Assembly (NCBI GenBank): GCA_965279375.1
Contig: OZ257156.1
Span: 1 to 64,000, forward strand
Source: Gemmatimonas sp.
GTDB taxonomy: Bacteria; Gemmatimonadota; Gemmatimonadetes; Gemmatimonadales; Gemmatimonadaceae
DNA: 64,000 bases
Direction of reading: 5' to 3'
Shown here: one piece after another, positions 29,227-39,425 of the stretch
How the letters are laid out: every line of letters begins with the position of its first letter
Numbering within the stretch: position 1 is the first letter of the stretch
The notes under the pieces: generated by a model
The model's database searches: none
Told to the model about the DNA's origin: nothing
Seen by the model: the letters and a program-made list of their open reading frames with translations, nothing else
Translations under genes and position numbers: made by a program

Positions 29227-30090
29227 CTACTTGGGCCCGACCGTCCCCACCAGAAACGGCGTCATCGTAGGCTGCGGCGAGCCCTCCGACGGCTCTTCCG
29301 TGACCGCGAACGCCGCGATCCCCTGCACGTCCTTGGGCAGCGCGATGTCGTTGATGAGGCGATGACCGTCTGCATCTGGGTTGAACAACTTGATCGGCAC
29401 CGGCTTGCCGTCGCGGATCATCCAGAGGCAGTAGGTGCGATTGGACGCAACCTGCTTGAATCCCGAGGCGTGCATAACCGCCGTGCCGTCCTTGGTATTC
29501 CAGAATAGCTGCATGTCCGGCCCTGCTTCGGCGTTCACGGCCAGCTTGACGAAGACCAGCTTGCTGCCGCCCTCGGTCAGGATGCGTACCGTTTCGTCGC
29601 GGCTGGCCAGTCTGTTCTGCGCCGCCTTGAGCAGACCGTTGGCGTTCTCGAGCGAGTCCTGTAGTCCGCGCACCTGCTTGGACATATCGACCGAGAAAAC
29701 CAGCGATGCAGCGAGGGCGGTCCCGAACACGGCCATGCCGATCCAGGGCGCACGGCTGGCGCGGCGGACGATCTGCAACGGTGCGACGTGTACGGCGCGC
29801 GGCGTCGATTGACGCGGTGCGACCGGCATCGCGACTTCGCCGTCGTGCGTGGATTCCGCCGCGATGCGCGCGATGACCTTGTCGCGCAGCGCGGGCGGCG
29901 GCGTGACCGCGTGCTCTGTGGCGAGGAACTCGAGTGCAGCGCGATGCGCGGCAAGTTCGGGCGCCATCTCTTCCGCAATCGCCGGATTGGCCATCGCCTG
30001 CTCGAACTGCGCCAATTCCTCGGCCGTCAGCGTTCCCATGACGAAGGCCGGCGCGAGATCGCGCACCTCGTCGAGCGAGAGCGGCTTCAT
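29227..30090 (-). CDS. RskA-like anti-sigma factor
   Basis: PAFVMGTL..E...FE N-domain, PPPALR, one TM, YCLW and FAVTEEP..GSPQPT RskA motifs. Confidence 0.9.
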   Translation of the reverse strand: MKPLSLDEVRDLAPAFVMGTLTAEELAQFEQAMANPAIAEEMAPELAAHRAALEFLATEHAVTPPPALRDKVIARIAAESTHDGEVAMPVAPRQSTPRAVHVAPLQIVRRASRAPWIGMAVFGTALAASLVFSVDMSKQVRGLQDSLENANGLLKAAQNRLASRDETVRILTEGGSKLVFVKLAVNAEAGPDMQLFWNTKDGTAVMHASGFKQVASNRTYCLWMIRDGKPVPIKLFNPDADGHRLINDIALPKDVQGIAAFAVTEEPSEGSPQPTMTPFLVGTVGPK

Positions 30091-30683
30091 GACGCACCCT
30101 CCGGAGCGATACCGGACAACATGTCCCGTAACTTCTGCATGCCCAACCTGATCCGAGTTTTCACGGTGCCAAGCGGCTCGCGCAGTCGTTCCGCCACTTC
30201 GGGATGTGTGAGGCCTTCAAAAAACGCGAGTTCGATCGCTCGGCGTTGCGCGTCCGGCAGTTCGCGGAGCGCCGAGGTGACCGCAGCGGCGCGGTCGGCT
30301 TCGTCCACCGACTGATCGGGGGCGCGGAAGCCCTCGCCCATGGCTGCCGGTGCGTCCAGCTGCGTGGCAGCGCTGTCGGTCATCTTGCTGCGACGCCCGC
30401 GCGCACGGATGAGATCGAGCGCGCGGGTGCGGGCAATCGTGGTCAACCAGCCGACGACCGAACCGCGCGAGGTGTCGTAGCGCACCGCGTCGCGCCACGC
30501 CTGCGCAAACGCGTCCATGACGACTTCGTCCGCGTCCGCGGCCTCGCCGACCATGCGCAGTGCCAAGCCGTACATGACCGCACTGTGTCGGTCGTACAGC
30601 GTCGCTGCGGCCGACTCCTCGCCTCGCGCCATGGCGGCGACAAGCGAGAGGTCGTCTGGAGGCACGAAGGTGGATGCGTTCAC
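30087..30683 (-). CDS. ECF sigma factor (SigK-like)
   Basis: LYDRHS, YDTSRGSVVGWL, IELAFFEGLTHPEVA..PLGTVKTRIR. Start moved to GTG 30683 because a TACAAT -10 box lies at 30746-30741. Confidence 0.92.
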   Translation of the reverse strand: MNASTFVPPDDLSLVAAMARGEESAAATLYDRHSAVMYGLALRMVGEAADADEVVMDAFAQAWRDAVRYDTSRGSVVGWLTTIARTRALDLIRARGRRSKMTDSAATQLDAPAAMGEGFRAPDQSVDEADRAAAVTSALRELPDAQRRAIELAFFEGLTHPEVAERLREPLGTVKTRIRLGMQKLRDMLSGIAPEGAS

Positions 30684-30887
30684 GAAAGCGGCAGGAGACC
30701 GGTCAAAGCGCAGCGCATCAGCACGCGCGGTAGAGCGGTGATTGTACGCTGTGGGGTGGCCTGAGAACAGACCGAACCCGTGGGAGCGGTCGGAAAAGAG
30801 GATTGGATGCGTCATCGTGGTCTGACTCTGCTACGCCGGGCGAGCCATCCCGGATGCACACGGTCGAGGTCGGCCGCGGCGCGAGTA

Positions 30888-31883
30888 CTACCACGCGTGC
30901 GGCGTGGCGTCGGCGAGTTCTTCGCGCAGCTTCGTGTAACTCTCGTACCGGCCGCGACTTATGCTGCCGGCGGCGACCGCGTCCCGGATCGCGCACCCCG
31001 GTTCGACGAGGTGCGTGCAGTCGGCAAACCGGCAGCCGTCGAGCAGCGGCCGCATCTCCGGGAAGCAGTGCGCGAGTTCCTCGACCTCGATGCCCCAGAG
31101 GCCGACTTCGCGCAGGCCGGGGGTGTCGGCAACGAAGCCGCCGCCTGGCAGCGGATGCATGACCGCGCCGACGGTGGTGTGCCGCCCCTTGTTGACGCTC
31201 TCACTGATTTCTGCGGTGCGCAGATCGAGGCCGGGGAAAAGTGTGTTCATCAGCGACGATTTGCCCACACCTGACGGACCAGTGAGCGCCGACGTGCGTC
31301 CGCCCACTTCGTCGCGCAGCGGCTCGAGCCCTTCACCGGCGACCACGCTGGTGAGATGCAGCGGATAGCCTGCGTCGACGAATTCCTGAAAGCGCGCGTG
31401 AATCTCGCGCACGGGCACGAGTTCGCTCTTGTTGATGACGATGCGCGCGGCGAGGCCGTTCGCTTCGGCGATGACGAGAAAGCGATCGAGCATGCGCGGA
31501 TGCGGCTCGGGTCGCGCCGCAGCAAACACGACGATCACCTGATCGAGATTGGCCATCACCACGCGTTCACCACGCGCGCCGCCCGGTGCACGACGAGCGA
31601 GCTTGCTACGACGCGGATGAATCAGGTCGATGGCCCACGACGTTTCCGCGTCATCACTGCCGATCGTGACGCGATCGCCGACGGCCAACTTTAGCGGACG
31701 TTCTGCGTTATCGCGTTGTCCGGCGCGTTTCATCGTGTCGCGCGTGGCATCGCGCTTGCCTTCCCGACCACTCTCGTGCTTGAGTCGACCGCGCAACGAG
31801 ACATCGTACTGCGCGCCGTCGTCGGTGCGCACCTGATACACGCCACCGGTGCCCTTCATGACGACGCCTTCGCGCTCACTCAT
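30888..31883 (-). CDS. rsgA: Ribosome small subunit-dependent GTPase A
   Basis: AVGDRV, INKSE, GPSGVGKSS, GRHTT, DTPG and CRFADCTHLVEPGC Zn finger. Confidence 0.96.
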   Translation of the reverse strand: MSEREGVVMKGTGGVYQVRTDDGAQYDVSLRGRLKHESGREGKRDATRDTMKRAGQRDNAERPLKLAVGDRVTIGSDDAETSWAIDLIHPRRSKLARRAPGGARGERVVMANLDQVIVVFAAARPEPHPRMLDRFLVIAEANGLAARIVINKSELVPVREIHARFQEFVDAGYPLHLTSVVAGEGLEPLRDEVGGRTSALTGPSGVGKSSLMNTLFPGLDLRTAEISESVNKGRHTTVGAVMHPLPGGGFVADTPGLREVGLWGIEVEELAHCFPEMRPLLDGCRFADCTHLVEPGCAIRDAVAAGSISRGRYESYTKLREELADATPHAW

Positions 31884-31890
31884 ACGAGTC

Positions 31891-32262
31891 TCATGCGAGC
31901 GGCTGGCCGAATCGTTCGTTGCCGCGAATGAGGCCATCAAGCGTGGCCTTCACGGTGGCCAATTGCATCGCGCCGAGCTGATGCCGCACCGTGACTTCGC
32001 TGTCGCCGGTGACGAGGAAGCCCGTCTCGAGATGCCCCTGCACTTCCGGCTCACCCATGCCCCACTTCACGAAGAGCAGATACGCGCCCCATGGGGCCTG
32101 CCGATCGCCCGTCGTGTCGGTGAGGATGTCGGCTGAGTACGAGAAGCCATCGATGCCTTCGAACGCGGCAGGCCGCGCGTGCACGGCCATGTAGCCACCG
32201 AGCGTGCGTTCATCTCCCTTGGACGGATCCGCCGGGAGATGTTGCCCCGGATGCGCGCTCAG
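31891..32262 (-). CDS. Hypothetical protein between proline dehydrogenase and rsgA
   Basis: Globular-looking ORF (TLGGYMAVHARPAAFEG..AYLLFVKW..GHLETGFL). Start is either CTG 32262 or ATG 32190. Confidence 0.75.
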   Translation of the reverse strand: MSAHPGQHLPADPSKGDERTLGGYMAVHARPAAFEGIDGFSYSADILTDTTGDRQAPWGAYLLFVKWGMGEPEVQGHLETGFLVTGDSEVTVRHQLGAMQLATVKATLDGLIRGNERFGQPLA

Positions 32263-33236
32263 TGCGCCCCGTTGCGCGAACCATTGCGCGCGTCGTTGGA
32301 GGAGCTTGAGCCACCCAGCATTTCCTTGACGATGTTGCCCGTCATGAAAGCGAGATTGGCGGGACGTTCGGCGAGGCGGCGCATGAGGTACGGATACCAC
32401 TGCGTGCCAAAGGGCACATACACGCGAATACGATAGCCGTCGCGCACGAGTTGTTCTTGCAAATCGCGGCGCACGCCGTAGAGCATCTGAAATTCGAAGC
32501 GGTCGGTGGCAATGTTGCGCTCCTTCGCGAAGCGCTTGGCCTCGGCGATGATCACTTCGTCGTGCGTGGCGATGCCCGGGTAGTTGCCGTGTTCCATCAG
32601 ACGATGCATCGCGGCGACGTAGTTCTTGTCGACGTCGGACTTTTCCGGGAATGCGACGGTGGGCGGTTCGAGATAGGCGCCCTTGCAGATGCGCACACGG
32701 CACTCGAGCCGGTTGGCGCGATCGACGTCGTCGAGGGTGCGACGCAGCGAGCTTTGCAGCACGACGCCGACGTTCTTGGGGAAGTCGGGGTAGAGCTTGT
32801 GCTCGAATGTGTCGAGCGTGCGATCGGTGTACGCACTCGACTCCATGTCGAGTCGCACGAACGAGTCGTACTGCTTGGCTCGCTCGAGAACGGCACGCAC
32901 CACTTCGAGGCCGAGCGTATCGGAGATGTCCTGGCCGAGCGCGGTCAGCTTGACGGAGACGTTCGCGTCGAGCTTGCGCGACTGAATGCGGTCGAGGATG
33001 TCGAGGTACTGCCGACCGGTTTCGCGGGCTTCCGCTTCGTTGGCCACGCTCTCGCCGAGCAGATCGAGCGACGCACTGATGCCCTTCGCGTTCAGCGCGG
33101 CGACGGCATCGAGGGCTGTGGTGATCGTCTCACCCGCCACGAAGCGCGACGCCATCTTGCGGGCGAAGCCGACGTTGCGGATGAAGTTGAAGACGCCCTG
33201 TTGCCGCGAGAGGTACAGCAGTGAAGTGCGAAGCAT
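32259..33236 (-). CDS. Monofunctional proline dehydrogenase
   Basis: RFVAGE, LDLLGE, SVKLT, RLDMES, RICKGAY, IATHD, EFQMLYG and YLMRRLAERPAN. Confidence 0.95.
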   Translation of the reverse strand: MLRTSLLYLSRQQGVFNFIRNVGFARKMASRFVAGETITTALDAVAALNAKGISASLDLLGESVANEAEARETGRQYLDILDRIQSRKLDANVSVKLTALGQDISDTLGLEVVRAVLERAKQYDSFVRLDMESSAYTDRTLDTFEHKLYPDFPKNVGVVLQSSLRRTLDDVDRANRLECRVRICKGAYLEPPTVAFPEKSDVDKNYVAAMHRLMEHGNYPGIATHDEVIIAEAKRFAKERNIATDRFEFQMLYGVRRDLQEQLVRDGYRIRVYVPFGTQWYPYLMRRLAERPANLAFMTGNIVKEMLGGSSSSNDARNGSRNGAH

Positions 33237-33360
33237 GTGGAGCTGGTTGAGCCCGCGCGACGGCCGTGACGTCGCCCAGAGTTGAGTGGTCGGCTCCCGT
33301 GCCGACGCAGACTTGCCGGGGGAATATAGGCGAGGGGGCCGGGCCGGGCGGCAGTCCGGG

Positions 33361-33912
33361 CTACGTTAAGTCGTTTTGGCGGCGGATCTGCGCGGCGTGC
33401 CGGCGCTCGTGGAGTGCGATGGTGAGGATCCACTGATAGCCCGTCAATGGACCGAAGAGCGGGTGCGGCCAGCTCACGGTGCCGAGCGCCAGTCCGGAGC
33501 CCTGCAGCAGCGCGGTGACGGTCCGTTCGCGCACCGCGGCCATGCGCTCGAGCGCCTCCACCGCACTGATGCCTGAGCGCGGCACGACGACCTCCGGGGC
33601 GATGATGCGACGGGAGGTGTCACTGATCTGGAACGCGTCCATGGCGCCGAGGATCGAGCTCGAGTCAACCTCGAAGGCACCATTCGCCTGTGCCTGCTTC
33701 ATCAGCTTGGAGACGAGGCGACCGCCCGCGTCCTCGACGATGCAGAGATGGTCGAGAATCTGTGACACCGACCAGAGGTCCCCCTCGGGCGGCGCGTCGC
33801 GCTGCTCCGGCGTGAGCTGTGCGACGACCGCCAGCAGCTCTCGGCGCGCGTCTTCCAACTCGAGGAGCAGTTCAGCGATGCGCGGATGCGGAGCGGACGT
33901 CGTCGCGGCCAT
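33361..33912 (-). CDS. DinB family protein
   Basis: WSVSQILDHL, HPLFGPL and HERRHAAQI. Confidence 0.9.
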   Translation of the reverse strand: MAATTSAPHPRIAELLLELEDARRELLAVVAQLTPEQRDAPPEGDLWSVSQILDHLCIVEDAGGRLVSKLMKQAQANGAFEVDSSSILGAMDAFQISDTSRRIIAPEVVVPRSGISAVEALERMAAVRERTVTALLQGSGLALGTVSWPHPLFGPLTGYQWILTIALHERRHAAQIRRQNDLT

Positions 33913-33923
33913 GGCGGTCTCGG

Positions 33924-36155
33924 TTAGGCCGGCGAGCCGGCGGCAGGGTGAAAGCGTGCGCCCGATGCGGCCATCGAGCGGAGCAACGGTGCCGCGTCGA
34001 AGCGGCCCGGGAAGTGCGCGTTGAGCACGTCGAGCTGCTGCACTACAGTAGCCGCGCCGAGCGTATCGAGATAGCGGAACGGACCACCGAGGAAGGGCGG
34101 GAAGCCGATGCCAAACACGGCACCGATGTCACCGTCGCGCGGCGATCGGATGATCCCATCCTCGAGGCAGCGCACCGCCTCGTTGAGGAGCGGGAGCACC
34201 GCACGCCGCTGCATCAGCTCCAGCTCAAACGTACGTCGCGGTACGGCGGCTGGCGCGAGCGCATAGATCGCCTCGTCCACACCATCGCGCTTGCCGCTCT
34301 CGTCGTAGCGGTAGAATCCCTTGCGGGCCTTGCGCCCGGTGCGGCCGCTCTCGATGACGCGCTGCAGCGAGGCCGAGGGCGCCATGCGCTCTCCGAACGC
34401 GGCGGACATGATGGGTCCGGACTTTGCTGCGATGTCGATTCCGACCTCGTCGAGCAGCGTGATCGGGCCGACGGGAAAGCCGAAGCGCGTGAGCGCGTCG
34501 TCCACGGCGTCGATGCGTGCGCCGTCGTCGATCAGGCGACCGCTTTCGTTGAGATAGGGCGCCAGGATGCGATTGACGTAGAAGCCCGGTCCGTCCTGCA
34601 CGACGATGACCGTCTTGCCGATCGCGCGTCCGTACGCGACGGCAGTCGCGGTTGTCGTCGCGTTGGTGTGCGGCGTGACGATGACTTCGAGCAACGGCAT
34701 TTTGTGCACCGGCGAGAAGAAGTGCATGCCGATGACGCGCTCGGGGTGCGGCGACGCCTTGGCGATGTCGCCAATGGGAATGGTGCTGGTGTTGGAGGCA
34801 AAGATGGCGTGCGGCGCGGCGGCCTCCACCTCTCGTAGTACGGCGTGCTTGACGGCGAGATCTTCGAACACCGCTTCGATGACGAGATCTGCGCTCGCGA
34901 AGCCGCTGTAGTCGGTGGTGCTGCCCACTTGCGAGAGCATGTCGTCGTACTGCGTGCGCGTGATCTGCTTGCGTTTGAGTCGTTCGCGCACGACGTCACG
35001 GATGCTGCGGTAGCCGGCGGCTAGCCGCTCTAGCGAGGCGTCACGCATGCGCACCAGCGTGGCGTGCTGCACGGCCACCGCGGCGATCCCCGCGCCCATG
35101 AACCCCGCGCCGATGATGCCCAGTTTGTGCACGGGGGCTGCCGTCGCAGTCACTCCGGTCGGCAGCCCTGTGTCCTTCTTGAGCGCCGTCGTCGCGAAGA
35201 ACAGGTAGACGAGCTGACGCGATACGTCGCTGACCGCGAGTTCGCCGAAGTGTTTCGCTTCCTCCTTGAGCCCCGCCGGAACGCCGTCGCCAAAGCCGCG
35301 CTGGATCGCGTCGATGGCCGCGAGCGGCGCCGGATAGCGCCCCTTGGTCTTCTTGAGCACGGTCTCACGTGCCTGGCGAAAGACGAGTGCGCGACCGAGC
35401 GCGTTGTCTTCCAGCAGCATCGTCGTTGCGCCATGCTTGCGTGGACGCAGCGCCGGTGAATCGCCGCGCCCCAACTGCTGCGCGCGGGCGATCGCGATAT
35501 CGAGCAGGATGGCTGGGTGCACCAGCTCGTGCACAAGTCCGATCTGCAGCGCCTTTTTTGCGCGGATGTTCTTGCCCGTGAGAATCATGTCGAGCGCCGC
35601 CTGCAACCCGACCGTTCGCGGCAAGCGCTGCGTGCCGCCGGCACCGGGAATCAGCCCGAGCTGCACTTCGGGCAAGGCGAGCACGGTTTTCGGGTGCTCG
35701 CTGGCGATGCGATGATGACAGGCGAGCGCGACTTCGAGTCCGCCACCCAACGCGGCACCGTGAATCGCCGCGACCACTGGCGTGCGGAGCGCGGCAAGTT
35801 GATCCAGCAACTGCTGTCCGCTCCGCGAGAGCGCTTCGCCCTGCGCCGCGTCGCGTACGCGCGCTAGCTCGTCGATATCGGCGCCGGCAATCCACGTGTC
35901 CGCCTTGCCACTGCGTAGCACAACGGCCGTGATGGTCGTGTCCTGCGTGAGCCGTTCGAAGATCTGCGCAAAGACTGGCCCGACACGCGTGTTGAGCGTG
36001 TTCACAGGCGATGCCGGCTGGTCGTAGGTGACGATCGCGACGCGCTCGAACAGCTGCATCGTCAGCCCGACCGTGGCATCGTGCAGCAACGGCTCGCCGC
36101 GCAGCGCGGGGTGCAGCGCTTCGCTCGATGACTCGACGGCAGCGTGATCGCTCAT
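33924..36155 (-). CDS. fadJ: Fatty acid oxidation complex alpha subunit (enoyl-CoA hydratase / 3-hydroxyacyl-CoA dehydrogenase)
   Basis: IAGADI, LGGGLE, PEVQLGLIPGAGGTQRLPR, GAGFMG, HFFSPV and GFPPFLGGP. ATGA-coupled to fadI. Confidence 0.93.
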   Translation of the reverse strand: MSDHAAVESSSEALHPALRGEPLLHDATVGLTMQLFERVAIVTYDQPASPVNTLNTRVGPVFAQIFERLTQDTTITAVVLRSGKADTWIAGADIDELARVRDAAQGEALSRSGQQLLDQLAALRTPVVAAIHGAALGGGLEVALACHHRIASEHPKTVLALPEVQLGLIPGAGGTQRLPRTVGLQAALDMILTGKNIRAKKALQIGLVHELVHPAILLDIAIARAQQLGRGDSPALRPRKHGATTMLLEDNALGRALVFRQARETVLKKTKGRYPAPLAAIDAIQRGFGDGVPAGLKEEAKHFGELAVSDVSRQLVYLFFATTALKKDTGLPTGVTATAAPVHKLGIIGAGFMGAGIAAVAVQHATLVRMRDASLERLAAGYRSIRDVVRERLKRKQITRTQYDDMLSQVGSTTDYSGFASADLVIEAVFEDLAVKHAVLREVEAAAPHAIFASNTSTIPIGDIAKASPHPERVIGMHFFSPVHKMPLLEVIVTPHTNATTTATAVAYGRAIGKTVIVVQDGPGFYVNRILAPYLNESGRLIDDGARIDAVDDALTRFGFPVGPITLLDEVGIDIAAKSGPIMSAAFGERMAPSASLQRVIESGRTGRKARKGFYRYDESGKRDGVDEAIYALAPAAVPRRTFELELMQRRAVLPLLNEAVRCLEDGIIRSPRDGDIGAVFGIGFPPFLGGPFRYLDTLGAATVVQQLDVLNAHFPGRFDAAPLLRSMAASGARFHPAAGSPA

Positions 36156-37447
36156 GCGCGCTCCACGATCATCGCGTGCCCCATGCCGCCGGCGGCACAC
36201 ACGGTCAGCATGCCGAACTGTCCGTCGCGTCGCGCCAGCTCATTCACCAGCGTGGTCAACACGCGACCGCCGGTGGCACCAAACGGATGCCCAATGGACA
36301 GCGAACCGCCCATCACGTTCAGTCGCGCTGGATCGATCTCGCCGGTGGCCGTGCTGAAGCCAGCGCGCGCGGCCCATTCGGCGCTCGCGAGTCCCTGAAT
36401 GTTGCTGAGAACCTGCGCGGCAAACGCTTCGTGCATCTCCACGAGATCGATCTCCGCCAACGACAGCCCCGCACGCTTGAGCGCCACAGGCGCGGCCAAC
36501 ACCGGCGCCTGCAGCAGCTGTTCGCCTGGATCGACGGCCGCATACGCATACGACTTGATGAACGCACGCGGCGTGTATCCCAGCGCCCGCGCGCGCTCCT
36601 CGGACATCAGCAGCACCGCGCTGCCACCGTCGGTTAGGGGCGACGCGTTGCCCGCCGTCACGGTGCCATACTGCCGGTCGAACACCGGACGCAATGCGGA
36701 CATCAGCTCGTAGCTGCTGTCGGCACGGATGCCATTGTCCGTCGCCAGCATCGACTCGAATCGTGGTGGCACCGGAACGGGCGCGATCTCGGCGGTCAAC
36801 CGACCGTCCTTCGTGCCCGCGGCGGCCTTCATGTGCGACGCAAGCGCAAAGCGATCCTGTGCCTCGCGCGTGATGCCATTGAGCTTGGCCATCTTGTCCG
36901 CCGATTGCCCCATCGACTCGCCGGTACTCGGCTCCGCGATCGCCGGGGTGATGGGCACAAAGTCACGGGGGCGCAGCTTGGCGAGCGTGGCTATCCGCTG
37001 CGACATCGTCTTCGCCTTGGACGCCGCCACCAGCACATCACTCATCCCGCGCGAATGCAGAATGGGCACCTGCGTCAGCGACTCCGCGCCACCGGCAATG
37101 GCGATGTCCGCGTGGCCGAGTGCAATCTGATCGGCCGCGTCGGTGATGGCCTGATTGGCAGACGCACAGGCGCGACCGACGGTGTAGGCCTGGAGCGTCT
37201 TGGGGAAGTGCGGCAGCAAGGCGACTTCGCGCGCGATGTTGGGCGCGACCACCGACTGCACCACGGTACCGAAGACCAGCAGGTCCACGAGCGCGCCGTC
37301 GAGGTTGCTGCGCTGCATGAGTTCCGCGACGGCAAAGCGTCCGAGCTCGATGGCGGTGTAGTCCTTGAGGGCCGTGCCGGAGCGCGCGAAGGGGGTTCGC
37401 ACGCCGTCGATGATCGCGACTCGGCGCCCGTTTCCGAAGGAGGGCAT
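36152..37447 (-). CDS. fadI: Acetyl-CoA C-acyltransferase (thiolase)
   Basis: PNIARE, RACASA, HEAFAAQ, GHPFGATG and CAAGGMG. Confidence 0.93.
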   Translation of the reverse strand: MPSFGNGRRVAIIDGVRTPFARSGTALKDYTAIELGRFAVAELMQRSNLDGALVDLLVFGTVVQSVVAPNIAREVALLPHFPKTLQAYTVGRACASANQAITDAADQIALGHADIAIAGGAESLTQVPILHSRGMSDVLVAASKAKTMSQRIATLAKLRPRDFVPITPAIAEPSTGESMGQSADKMAKLNGITREAQDRFALASHMKAAAGTKDGRLTAEIAPVPVPPRFESMLATDNGIRADSSYELMSALRPVFDRQYGTVTAGNASPLTDGGSAVLLMSEERARALGYTPRAFIKSYAYAAVDPGEQLLQAPVLAAPVALKRAGLSLAEIDLVEMHEAFAAQVLSNIQGLASAEWAARAGFSTATGEIDPARLNVMGGSLSIGHPFGATGGRVLTTLVNELARRDGQFGMLTVCAAGGMGHAMIVERA

Positions 37448-37544
37448 GGCGCAAGGTAACGCAGGCCCCGAGGGGCGTCACGAGATGGCGTGGAGTTTCG
37501 CCGTCCTCTGGCGAACGGCCCTCCCGTACCGCATCTCTGCGGGA

Positions 37545-39320
37545 ATGTCAGATTCGTCCGAACCCGCAGGCCGCCTCGCCGACCAAGCGTATCCCCGAAC
37601 GGGCGCGACCGAGATCGCGATCGGTACCACCGCCGAGCGCGTCGCGCCACGCGGGGCGACGGCCGTGACGAATCGTGCCGGGACGTTGGCAGCGTTGGCA
37701 GCGGAGCCGTTCGACATCGTGGTGATTGGCGGGGGGATTACCGGGGCTGGTGTGGCGCGCGAAGCGGCGCTGGCCGGCCTGCGCACCGCGTTGATCGAGC
37801 GAGACGATTTTGCGAGTGGCACCTCGAGTCGTTCATCGCGGCTGGTGCACGGCGGCGTGCGCTATCTCGAACACGGACACTTCGCGCTGGTGTTCGAGTC
37901 GAGCCGCGAGCGGCGCGTGCTGCTGGACATGGCGCCGCATCTGGTGCGTCCCCTGCCCTTCACCTGGCCGGTGTATCGCGGCGCGCGTGTGCCCCGCTGG
38001 AAGGTCCGCGCCGGACTCACGCTCTACGATGCGCTGGCGCTCTTTCGCAATGTGCAACGGCACGAGTCGCTCGACACGGCGGCCGTGCTGGCGCGAGAGC
38101 CGGCGCTGTCTCCCGAGGGGCTGCTGGGAGGTGCGCGCTACTGGGACGCGGCCACCGACGATACACGATTGACGTTGGCCAGTGCGTTGGCCGCGCGTGA
38201 AGCGGGTGCGGTGGTGGTCAACCACGTGGCGGTTGTGGGTGGCATTCGCGGCGGCGCGTCTGCAACGCGGCTGAGTGGTGTGGCGGTTGAAGATCGACTG
38301 ACGGGCGACGGCTTTACCGTGGCAGCGCGCGTGGTGGTGAACGCCACGGGTCCGTGGAGCGACGCGACCGCCGCGCTTACGGGCGCTCCGTCAGGCGCAC
38401 AGGTGATGGGCTCGGCGGGCGCGCACATCGCCGTTCCGCGGCAGCGCTTGGGCAACAACGACGCAGTGACACTCGTGTCGCCTCTCGACGGGCGCGTGCT
38501 GTTCGTATTGCCGGCCGGTGCGCACGCCATCATCGGCACCACCGAGCGTCCGGCACAGCGCGGCCCCGACGAGATTCGCGCGACCGAACTCGAGGTGCAG
38601 TACCTGCTGCGCACGGCGAACGCGTTCTTCCCGTTTGCTGCGCTCGAGATGGGTGACGTGATCGCGGCATGGTCGGGGATTCGCCCGCTCGCAGCGGTGC
38701 GCGCTGCGTCGCACAGCGCCAACAGTGCCTCGCGCGAGCACGCCGTGATGCATCGCGACGACGGGCTGGTGAGTGTGACAGGCGGCAAGCTGACGACCTA
38801 TCGCGCCATGGCGGCCGACGTGTTGGCGCACGCAGTGCAAGAGTCGGGACGCGGCGGCGCAACGATGTCGTCCAATACTCAGCTTCAGCCGAGCGACCGT
38901 ACGCCGCTACCCGGAGGCGACATCAGCTCACGCGAGGCGCTGATGCAGGAGGCGCGCACGACCGTGCATGACGCGGCGGTTGGTGAACGACTGGCGTTGG
39001 CGTACGGGTCGCGGTGGCGCAACGTGTGGAGCTACGCGCAACGCGATGCCTCGCTGTCGCGGCGATTGGTCGAGGATTTGCCGTATCTCGTCGCTGAGGT
39101 CCCGCATGCGGTGGAGCGCGAGCTGGCCTGTACGTTGGCCGATGTGCTGGTGCGTCGCACGCACGTCGCGTTCGAGACGCGCGACCATGGGCGTGCAGCG
39201 GCCCGACGTATCGCGCCAATGATGGGCGCCATGCTGGGATGGAGTGCGCTGGAACAGGACGAGCAGATTGCCGCGTATGATCGAGACGCCGCACGGCTGT
39301 TCTCGATCGACGCACCCTGA
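37545..39320 (+). CDS. glpD: FAD-dependent glycerol-3-phosphate dehydrogenase/oxidase
   Basis: GGGITGAG, DFASGTSSRSSRLVHGGVRYL, NATGPW and GGKLTTYR. Start approximate. Confidence 0.93.
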   Translation: MSDSSEPAGRLADQAYPRTGATEIAIGTTAERVAPRGATAVTNRAGTLAALAAEPFDIVVIGGGITGAGVAREAALAGLRTALIERDDFASGTSSRSSRLVHGGVRYLEHGHFALVFESSRERRVLLDMAPHLVRPLPFTWPVYRGARVPRWKVRAGLTLYDALALFRNVQRHESLDTAAVLAREPALSPEGLLGGARYWDAATDDTRLTLASALAAREAGAVVVNHVAVVGGIRGGASATRLSGVAVEDRLTGDGFTVAARVVVNATGPWSDATAALTGAPSGAQVMGSAGAHIAVPRQRLGNNDAVTLVSPLDGRVLFVLPAGAHAIIGTTERPAQRGPDEIRATELEVQYLLRTANAFFPFAALEMGDVIAAWSGIRPLAAVRAASHSANSASREHAVMHRDDGLVSVTGGKLTTYRAMAADVLAHAVQESGRGGATMSSNTQLQPSDRTPLPGGDISSREALMQEARTTVHDAAVGERLALAYGSRWRNVWSYAQRDASLSRRLVEDLPYLVAEVPHAVERELACTLADVLVRRTHVAFETRDHGRAAARRIAPMMGAMLGWSALEQDEQIAAYDRDAARLFSIDAP

Positions 39321-39425
39321 TTGATGGCCACATCGCTGTCCAACTCGATGTCCTGATTTCGCACGCGCGTCTCCCTATATTCGGGCGGGTATCGCACGAT
39401 CCCCTTGAATGGAGTAGCTGGCTAC

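Noticed and set aside
39321..39334. FNR box upstream of ccoN
   Set aside because: Only the TTGAT half-site is present; the second half is ACATC rather than ATCAA.
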